Positions 17,802 to 25,008 of a DNA stretch of 30,176 nucleotides are shown here, in pieces. Both the position numbers and the translations under genes were made by a program. The first letter of the stretch is position 1. Every line of letters starts with the position of its first letter. The notes beneath the pieces were generated by a model. The model searched no databases. It was not told the DNA's origin and was given only the letters and a program-made list of their open reading frames with translations. Source of the stretch: a plasmid; the sequence record NZ_CP017205.1; one strand, 5' to 3'.

Positions 17802-18749
17802 CTATACTGCAAATATATAATTAAATTGTCTTTCTTTTTTCAACATGCAAAAGAATTTTAATACTTTTGTTTTATAAACGTCTCGATTATCAGACATAAA
17901 TACTTTAAGCTTATTTAGATCATCAAATCTATTAGTTTTATTGAAATATTTTTTTAGAATATTTACCCAATATTCTATACTCTTAAGCTCAGCATTCTTT
18001 TCAAAAAGATCTTCTAAAGCATCATCATTATCAGTACATAATGCCCGAATAAGAGCATTTATATTATTTTTTTCTTCACCTTCATTTACCCAATTTTTTA
18101 TATTAAACAGTGCGTCTCTAAAAATTTCATAGCAATAAGCCTTGCCAGATTTTAAGTTTTTATTAAAGTTGTTTAGTTGATTTTTTTCTTGATTTATGTC
18201 CTTTTTTTGTTCTTGTTTTTGATTAACACTAACTTGCTTGCTAGGCATAGAATTTTCGTTTTCGTGGTTATTGTAAATAGGAGCTGCATCAGTATCTATT
18301 TCACTTTCTATACCAAGAGCTGCAACTAAAGCATACCTTTTGACATAAGTAATGCCTGAACCAAACATCTGATACACTGTATTTGTAACTTTAGACCCAT
18401 TTTCATTATTCCATTGTAAATTTTCTGTAGGAATTCGCGTATCAAAAGAAAATTCATATCCAGTACTTGTACTGTAGAATGTAGTCCTAATATAATCAAC
18501 TATGCCATATTGACCCTCTATAGAAATTGGATATTGCTCAATATCAAGCTCCAAATTGTGCTTTTTAATAACATTTTTAATTTCTCTAACTATTTCATTG
18601 AAATTTTGATATTTATATCCATATCCTTTAAGACTTTTGTCAATCCCTGGTAAATTCATTTTTAGGGTTTTCATATCTTTTCTGAAGCTTATTTTTGCTT
18701 GAATATTATTTTGTATTTCTTGATTATTTTTGTTTAATATGTTTGTCAT
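17802..18749 (-). CDS. ERF-family single-strand annealing protein (phage recombinase)
   Basis: 315 aa. The N-terminal domain has the ERF pattern KGYGYKYQNFNEIVREIKNVIKKHNL (Y..a.L..v...i) and the conserved block GSGITYVKRYALVAALGIESEIDTD (G..TYa.RYAL..alGi..d.D). The middle is Q/N/K-rich low complexity. Confidence 0.6.
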   Translation of the reverse strand: MTNILNKNNQEIQNNIQAKISFRKDMKTLKMNLPGIDKSLKGYGYKYQNFNEIVREIKNVIKKHNLELDIEQYPISIEGQYGIVDYIRTTFYSTSTGYEFSFDTRIPTENLQWNNENGSKVTNTVYQMFGSGITYVKRYALVAALGIESEIDTDAAPIYNNHENENSMPSKQVSVNQKQEQKKDINQEKNQLNNFNKNLKSGKAYCYEIFRDALFNIKNWVNEGEEKNNINALIRALCTDNDDALEDLFEKNAELKSIEYWVNILKKYFNKTNRFDDLNKLKVFMSDNRDVYKTKVLKFFCMLKKERQFNYIFAV

Positions 18750-18900
18750 TTTTTTACTCCTATTATGTTATATAAAAATAAATATATAGCAAAAACTATT
18801 TTTGCCAACTTTTTTACAAAAATTTTTACAAAAAAATAGGGCTTAGCTAAATTCTCTTGCTAAAGAACTTCGCTAAACCCTTGTATTATTTTTTGCAAAT
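18723..18900 (-). repeat. left arm of the inverted duplication (promoter, RBS and first 9 codons of the ERF-like gene)
   Basis: The reverse complement of 18741-18850 matches 23106-23216 base-for-base by eye. Similarity with indels continues to about 18900 (gggtttagcgaagttctt vs gggtttagctaagttctt). Confidence 0.8.
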
Positions 18901-19122
18901 TACATAATAGGTAGAAAAAATGAACATATTTTTCTACGCTGTTTATAGTGTAGCCCAATTTAAAATTAAAATCAATTTGTATTTTTACTAAATTATAAAA
19001 AGTATATTAATTTAACAAAATTAATAATTAAAATTTAATATTTTTTTAGGAAAGTATTTACTTTTAAATCAAAATTTTGCATAATCAATATTAATTATTA
19101 ATAACATAATAGGAGAAAAAAC

Positions 19123-20223
19123 ATGAAAGGTTTTTCAAATGCCACAAAAAATCCCACTTGCTACAACAAACACCAACACAAGTTAATATATCTTACATCA
19201 ACAGTAGATTTTCTAAACAAAAAAGATAAGAAATACACACAACAAAACATACTCTATTACTATAATAAAAATCTAAAAAGAAATGGTTTGGCTCCCACTA
19301 CACTAAGAACAATGCAAAATTATCTTTATAAATTAGAAAAAGTATTAAAAGTCACAACGAATTACTACCAACATATGGGTGTAAATTGTGGGACTGAAAT
19401 TTATTATAAACTAAAGTATCCTAAAAAAGAATGTTACCAGAAAATCAACAAGTACTTTAAAGAACGAAAAAACTCTAGATTTAAATCTAGAGTTAATAAC
19501 CATTTTAAAGACAATGTTTCTAAAAATAGTAGTGTAAATTCAGTGGAGTGTTTAAGTAATAAAAATAATATAAAAGAAGAAAGAAAGATTAACGAAATAG
19601 AAAAATATCAAGTAATAAAGTACTTCAACAAAAGTAACTTCTTATGTAAAGAAATTCTTCCATTTTTATTAACATTAAATGTTGATAAAGATACTATGAT
19701 TAAAATAATCAAAAACATAAAAAGAGTTGAAAATAAATTGCTAAAAAACACAAATTTAAATAAATCTTGCTTTAAAGAAAAGCAAGAGAAACTAAAGAAA
19801 ATTCTAAATAACACTCAGAAAGAATTCGAACAAAATGGATATAATCCCGAACAATTAAAGACAAATTTACAAAAAGTATACGAAAGTTACAAATTTAAGC
19901 CCCATTTTATTATTGAAAATCATAAATATAGCGATTTAAACAATATAAAGCGTAAATTAGAAAAGTCGATTGAAAGAAAAAAAGAAAATTCTCAAAAAGA
20001 TTATGAGAACTTAAAAACAAACATTTTCAATATCCTTATTGAACAACTAAAAAAAGAAACAAATATTGAAATTCTAAAGCCAATTATCAAAAAATATTTG
20101 AATAACCAAAAGAAAATAGAATACAATAAAGTATTTGGTACATATCATCTTGAATTATTAGAAATAATAAAAAATGAAAAAAATTCTTTAACCACAGAAG
20201 AATTTAGCATAAAGGCCGTATGA
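19123..20223 (+). CDS. PF-57/62 family plasmid replication protein (putative initiator)
   Basis: 366 aa beginning MKGFSNATKNPTCYNKHQHKLIYLTSTVDFLNKKDKKYTQQNILYYYNKNLKRNGLAPTTLRTMQNYLYKLEKV, the conserved N-terminal region of the Borrelia PF-57 family. First gene of the PF-57/50/32/49 block. RBS aggag. Confidence 0.8.
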   Translation: MKGFSNATKNPTCYNKHQHKLIYLTSTVDFLNKKDKKYTQQNILYYYNKNLKRNGLAPTTLRTMQNYLYKLEKVLKVTTNYYQHMGVNCGTEIYYKLKYPKKECYQKINKYFKERKNSRFKSRVNNHFKDNVSKNSSVNSVECLSNKNNIKEERKINEIEKYQVIKYFNKSNFLCKEILPFLLTLNVDKDTMIKIIKNIKRVENKLLKNTNLNKSCFKEKQEKLKKILNNTQKEFEQNGYNPEQLKTNLQKVYESYKFKPHFIIENHKYSDLNNIKRKLEKSIERKKENSQKDYENLKTNIFNILIEQLKKETNIEILKPIIKKYLNNQKKIEYNKVFGTYHLELLEIIKNEKNSLTTEEFSIKAV

Positions 20224-20232
20224 GGATTTAAC

Positions 20233-20799
20233 ATGGAAAATGCACCAGAACCTATTGAAGCTGTAAAAAAAGGCAAATGTAAAGTTGAATGCCAAAATAA
20301 AGAACGTTTTATTTTGATTGAAAAAGAAAATGGTAAAGCAATGTACCATACAAAAATAATGATGGATATTTATAAATTTGGAGTATATGAGAAAAAACAC
20401 GAATTTAGATTATCATTGAGGGCCTTATTTAATGGAGAAAGAATTGTTGAAGAAACTCATTTATACCCAATTAAAGAAGGAGATAAGTTTATTGGTATTT
20501 TTTATGGCTACAGAAAACCAATAAAAAAGCCATTAATAAAGTATCAAATAAACGGGGCTAGAAAAGCATATGCATTAGCAAGGGCATATTATATGGAATT
20601 TAGATTTAAAGCCGGAAGTGTCTTTTGCTATTTCAAGGGATTATATCGATTATTAGATAAAAAAAGAACAAATAATCATTACAACAAAGTTTTATTTAGT
20701 ATGTTTACGGATTTAGAACAACAAGTGTATAAATTTTATGGGAAAAAATACCCGGAACAAGGACCGTTAATAAAATGGATAATAAAAAACCTAAAATAA
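20233..20799 (+). CDS. PF-50 family plasmid maintenance protein
   Basis: 188 aa between PF-57 and the ParA homolog, the canonical position. RBS gaggatt. Confidence 0.7.
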   Translation: MENAPEPIEAVKKGKCKVECQNKERFILIEKENGKAMYHTKIMMDIYKFGVYEKKHEFRLSLRALFNGERIVEETHLYPIKEGDKFIGIFYGYRKPIKKPLIKYQINGARKAYALARAYYMEFRFKAGSVFCYFKGLYRLLDKKRTNNHYNKVLFSMFTDLEQQVYKFYGKKYPEQGPLIKWIIKNLK

Positions 20800-21533
20800 T
20801 AACAATAGCGTCAATCAAGGGCGGTGTTGGCAAAAGCACAACTTGTTTAGCATTGGCATTTTTGTTATCAAAAAAAAATAAAGTATTGTTAATAGATATG
20901 GATACTCAAGCATCAGTCACTAGTTACTACCAAGATAAAATACAAGAAGATAATATAAATTTAAAATTTAGCAACATATATGAGGTTTTGGTTAATGATT
21001 TGGATATTAAAAAAGCAATAGTAAATATTGAAGATAATTTGGATTTATTGCCAAGCTATTTAAGCTTACATATGCTTAACGAAATTGAAATAGAATTTAA
21101 GGACTTGTTATTGAAGTCAAATTTAAGCTGTTTTAGCAGTGATTATAAATATATAATATTGGATACAGCCCCTAGTTATGATATTGCATTTAAAAATGCA
21201 GTGCTTAGTAGTGACTATATTATTGTTCCAATAATAGCTGAAAAATGGGCAGTTGAATGTTTGGATCTATTGGATTATTTTTTAAATAAATTGGGATTAA
21301 AAATTCCACTATTTTTGCTCATAACAAGATTTAAAAAGAATAATACACACAAAGAATTTTTAAATTTATTAAAGAATAGGGGGGATTTTTTAGGCATTAT
21401 ATCAGAAAGGGAAGATCTAAATAAAAATATAGCTAGTAATTCTAGGTTTTCTTTAGAAAAGGATTATATGTGTGAATATAAAAATGCTATTAATAAATTT
21501 TTTGATTATTTAAAAATAATGGACAAGATATGA
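20775..21533 (+). CDS. PF-32 family ParA-type partition ATPase
   Basis: Deviant Walker A IASIKGGVGKSTT near the N-terminus, 252 aa, overlapping the PF-50 end as in cp32 plasmids. Confidence 0.85.
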   Translation: MDNKKPKIITIASIKGGVGKSTTCLALAFLLSKKNKVLLIDMDTQASVTSYYQDKIQEDNINLKFSNIYEVLVNDLDIKKAIVNIEDNLDLLPSYLSLHMLNEIEIEFKDLLLKSNLSCFSSDYKYIILDTAPSYDIAFKNAVLSSDYIIVPIIAEKWAVECLDLLDYFLNKLGLKIPLFLLITRFKKNNTHKEFLNLLKNRGDFLGIISEREDLNKNIASNSRFSLEKDYMCEYKNAINKFFDYLKIMDKI

Positions 21534-21549
21534 AACGAGTTAATTTATA

Positions 21550-21568
21550 TTGTCCTGATTTAGGACAA
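21550..21568. promoter_or_regulatory. perfect 7-bp-arm palindrome ttgtcct-gattt-aggacaa between PF-32 and PF-49
   Basis: The only GC-containing perfect inverted repeat in the 74-bp PF-32/PF-49 gap. Candidate operator or partition site. Confidence 0.3.
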
Positions 21569-21607
21569 CTCATTAATGACAAAAATTTTTTTATTTGAGG
21601 TGATATT

Positions 21608-22135
21608 ATGTTGGTAAAAATAAACAAAAGAAATTTGGAAGAAAAGGACAACGATCAATTAGAATATTATGAAAAATTGAAAAATAGATTAGTAAATAAT
21701 TTTAAAAAAGAAATTTTTCATAAAATAGAATTTATTAAAATTTTAAAAGAGATAAAAGATAATGAATATTATAAATTAGATGGATATACAAGTTTTAATT
21801 CTTTTGCAAAAAATTATAGGATAGCAAGAACTCAAGTGTATGACTACATTAGAATAGCTAATGCTATGGAAGAGGGGCTTTTAGACGAGGCATATATTAT
21901 AGAAAATGGACTTACTATTTCTTTATTATCATTAAGAGATAAAGAAAGTTCATCATTTAAAAAATCTAGGCAAAATCCGATAAAACCCTTGAGATTTCAA
22001 CTTAAAAGCAAAGAAAGTTATGATTTTTACAAAAGTAATGCTAAATTCACTGGATTTTTATTAGATGAACTTTTTGAAAGTCAAAAAGACTTGCTTAATA
22101 AGTTTTTAAAAAGGTATAAACAATTAAAAGGATAA
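21608..22135 (+). CDS. bpaB: PF-49 family protein (ParB-analogue DNA-binding partition protein, BpaB-like)
   Basis: 175-aa basic protein immediately downstream of the ParA homolog, RBS gaggtga. The family assignment is by position and size. Confidence 0.6.
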   Translation: MLVKINKRNLEEKDNDQLEYYEKLKNRLVNNFKKEIFHKIEFIKILKEIKDNEYYKLDGYTSFNSFAKNYRIARTQVYDYIRIANAMEEGLLDEAYIIENGLTISLLSLRDKESSSFKKSRQNPIKPLRFQLKSKESYDFYKSNAKFTGFLLDELFESQKDLLNKFLKRYKQLKG

Positions 22136-22147
22136 TATGGAGACTTT

Positions 22148-22705
22148 ATGAACAATTTAGCGTACAAAACATACAATATAGAAAGTATAAAAAATGAATT
22201 TTTAAATATAGGGTTTAGTGAAGAGGCAATAGATTTTGTTTTTCTTCATAATGAAAATTATAACTTTGAATTTTTAAAAGAAAAATTGATTAATGTAGAG
22301 AAGAGTTTGCAAAAAGACATATCTAATTTAGATACCAAAATAGACAATGTAGAGAAGAATTTACAAAAAGACATATCTAATTTAGATACCAAAATAGATA
22401 ATGTAGAGAAGAATTTACAAAAAGACATATCTAATTTAGATACCAAAATAGATAATGTAGAAAAGAATTTAAATATTAAAATAGATAATGTAGAAAAGAA
22501 TTTAAATATTAAAATAGATAATGTAGAAAAGAATTTGCGAAAAGATATATCTAATTTAGATACCAAAATAGATAATGTAGAAAAAAGTTTAAATCAAAAA
22601 CTTAGCATGGGTAACAGACTAGTACATTTTATGATAATAACAGCAGCAATTCTAGGGCCAATTTTGAATGCCCTATTTATGAAATATTTACAAAGTGGCA
22701 AATAA
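22148..22705 (+). CDS. bdr: Bdr family protein (second paralog, BdrA-like)
   Basis: N-terminus MNNLAYKTYNIESIKNEFLNIGFSEEAIDFV. Repeats of KDISNLDTKIDNVEKNLQ, with a 54-nt unit perfectly repeated three times. C-terminal hydrophobic anchor (MIITAAILGPILNALFM). Confidence 0.85.
   Translation: MNNLAYKTYNIESIKNEFLNIGFSEEAIDFVFLHNENYNFEFLKEKLINVEKSLQKDISNLDTKIDNVEKNLQKDISNLDTKIDNVEKNLQKDISNLDTKIDNVEKNLNIKIDNVEKNLNIKIDNVEKNLRKDISNLDTKIDNVEKSLNQKLSMGNRLVHFMIITAAILGPILNALFMKYLQSGK
22289..22598 (+). repeat. tandem 33/54-nt coding repeats (Bdr KID array)
   Basis: gagaagaatttacaaaaagacatatctaatttagataccaaaatagataatgta is repeated three times perfectly and followed by 33-nt variants. Confidence 0.85.
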
Positions 22706-23059
22706 TAATGTATTGTAAAATTTGATTTTTTAAAATGGTACATTATAATATTGATGAAGAGTATTATCAAGTAACACTTAATTTTTGCTTTTTCATAAAT
22801 TAGAACTTATTTTAATTTTTTAACAAGAGAATTTAAATAAGGTCTTTTATTTTAACAAATACAAATTGATTTTAATTCTAAATTAGAATATATTCAATTA
22901 TTGAAAAGCTTATTTAAATTATTTTAATAAGCAAATTTGATTAAACCCTAACTTTATTAAAATAATTTATGTAAAAAGTTGTCAAAAATAGTTTTTGTTA
23001 TACATATATATATGTATGTAAATAGCTAAAAAAGTTTATTGCTATCAAAACAATCCAAT

Positions 23060-23226
23060 CAAGTTGGGTTTAGCTAAGTTCTTAGATAATAGAATTTAAA
23101 TAAACCCAACTATTTTTTTGTAAAAATTTTTGTAAAAAAGTTGGCAAAAATAGTTTTTGCTATATATTTATTTTTATATAACATAATAGGAGTAAAAAAA
23201 TGACAAACATATTAAACAAAAATAAT
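23060..23226 (+). repeat. right arm of the inverted duplication (promoter, RBS and first 9 codons of the YqaJ-like gene)
   Basis: Mirror of 18723-18900. It includes ttggcaaaaatagtttttgctatatatttatttttatataacataataggagtaaaaaaatgacaaacatattaaacaaaaataat. Confidence 0.8.
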
Positions 23227-24525
23227 CCACAAGAAAATATTCAAGGAGAGCTCAAAATGATAAGTATTAATCAACAAAGTTTTACTGGTTGTGAAATATT
23301 TGAGGAAAAATCTTCTCCCATTAAAGAAAAAAGTAAATTAAGTAAGATAGGTAAGAAATTACCAGGAATAAGTAGTCAAGAGTGTTTTAGATTTAATCGA
23401 AATATAGATTTTAGTCTTCAAAGAAACAAGCTAAATAAATACGGTGCTAGTGAAGTAGGCAATATTCTTGTTGGAGGTGCTGGGCTGAAAGATTTAATGA
23501 TAAACAGAGTGCTTAAATATTTTAGAATGAGCCCACCTTTTGAAGAGAATTTGTATATGCTCAAGGGCAAAGAATTAGAGAATTTAGGATTTAGAGAATT
23601 TGTTAAAGCACATGGTGATAATATTGATATTTTGTATAAAAATAAATATGCCAACGGTGTTGATAAGTATAATTATTTCAAAAAAATGGGCAGTTCAGAA
23701 ACTTTAGTGGGCTCAACAATTGATGGCTGGTTTATTAATAATAATGGCGATTTAGAACTATTAGAGATTAAAAGTAGCGACTCTAATTATATGAGTAGTG
23801 CTATTGCTGAGTACAATAAAAATGGCAATTTTTTAAGCAGTAAATATTTTTTCAAATATTATGTACAAGCACAAATGCAGCTAGCATGCACTGGGCTTGA
23901 GTATTGTAATTTGTTCTTTTTAATAGATGCTGCACCAATTAACTGTAAGATTAAAAGAGATGAGGCCTTAATATCAAAAGTGTTTGAATTTGTTAATAAA
24001 TGTGAATTAGAAATTATAAATTTGAAAAAAGATATTTATAGTAAGTATAGAGAGGAATACTTAATGGCACATAATTTTAACGAGGATACGTTTATAAAAC
24101 TTGTTGAAGATTTAGTAGAAAGGAGTGATTTTTATAGTTCTGGAGTTGAGTTTGATTGGGCAAGAGAATTTATAGAATATGTTGATTGTGCAGACCTTGA
24201 AATTAAGGATAATCAATCTGCTGAAAATCTTGCGTATGATTTAATGGAGATTGATAGTTTACAAAAAGAATTAAATAGAATCCAAAACGAAAATAAAAAA
24301 AGAGAAAAGCCCATTAAAGATAGGTTGAAGATGCTAATTTACAATATTACGAATACATATCCACTAATTGAGCAGTTAAATTATAAATTTGGAGAGTTTG
24401 TGTTTACTCTTGACCCTAAGAAAAGGGCAATATCAGATAGATTAAAGGGACTACTACCAACAAGTGGTACAGTATTTTTCCCTAGCAATATAGCATTTAC
24501 AAATAGTGTTAGTGTCCCCATGTGA
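23200..24525 (+). CDS. YqaJ / lambda-exonuclease-like (PD-(D/E)XK) recombination nuclease
   Basis: 441 aa. The YqaJ N-terminal signature is YGASEVGNILVGG. Acidic residues and the ExK-type motif appear in DGWFINNNGDLELLEIKSS. The family-typical YY.Q.Q.QL..TG block is YYVQAQMQLACTGLEY. Confidence 0.55.
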   Translation: MTNILNKNNPQENIQGELKMISINQQSFTGCEIFEEKSSPIKEKSKLSKIGKKLPGISSQECFRFNRNIDFSLQRNKLNKYGASEVGNILVGGAGLKDLMINRVLKYFRMSPPFEENLYMLKGKELENLGFREFVKAHGDNIDILYKNKYANGVDKYNYFKKMGSSETLVGSTIDGWFINNNGDLELLEIKSSDSNYMSSAIAEYNKNGNFLSSKYFFKYYVQAQMQLACTGLEYCNLFFLIDAAPINCKIKRDEALISKVFEFVNKCELEIINLKKDIYSKYREEYLMAHNFNEDTFIKLVEDLVERSDFYSSGVEFDWAREFIEYVDCADLEIKDNQSAENLAYDLMEIDSLQKELNRIQNENKKREKPIKDRLKMLIYNITNTYPLIEQLNYKFGEFVFTLDPKKRAISDRLKGLLPTSGTVFFPSNIAFTNSVSVPM

Positions 24526-24577
24526 ATGGGTGCACTAAAAAATTAAAAAAATAAATTTAATATAGGAGGATTAATTA

Positions 24578-25003
24578 ATGCTTATTAATAAAATAAAACA
24601 AGATAATAGAACTTTAAGACCGGAGATACAAAAATGGGGTTGTTACTTTTTGTGTCTACATTACTATACAAGTCTATTTAAGAAACGTGAATTTAATGCG
24701 TATGAGATAAATGCAGCGTATTATAGATTTATAGGACTTGGATACATTAAGAGTAATTGTTTTATTATAAATCCATGTATGATACTTAATTATTACGGAA
24801 TTAGAAGTAGCGTGAGATATGAATCTTTAAATTATTTGGGTGCAGCCAATGAATTTGAAATAAGTGAAGTTAAAATCGATAAGGTTAATGGATATCACTT
24901 TATAGCAACAAAAAATAAAGAAATATTATATGATTCACTTGATTTAAAGCCACGTGGAAAAATATTTAAAGTAACTTCAAAACGTATATTTAAACTGAAA
25001 TAG
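24578..25003 (+). CDS. hypothetical protein with a papain-like Cys...His signature (possible C39/CHAP-type peptidase)
   Basis: 141 aa with RBS aggagga. The N-terminal WGCYFLCLHYY resembles the C39 C-x3-C-L...Y catalytic helix start. A downstream GYHFIA is a His candidate. Speculative. Confidence 0.45.
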   Translation: MLINKIKQDNRTLRPEIQKWGCYFLCLHYYTSLFKKREFNAYEINAAYYRFIGLGYIKSNCFIINPCMILNYYGIRSSVRYESLNYLGAANEFEISEVKIDKVNGYHFIATKNKEILYDSLDLKPRGKIFKVTSKRIFKLK

Positions 25004-25008
25004 TTTTA

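Noticed and set aside
18920-18991. 23-codon mini-ORF in the PF-57 leader
   Set aside because: It is too short and AT-biased to call as a gene. It is kept only as a finding about the shared RBS cassette.
22258-22566. 102-aa minus-strand ORF antisense to the second bdr repeat array
   Set aside because: Same repeat-mirror artefact as above.
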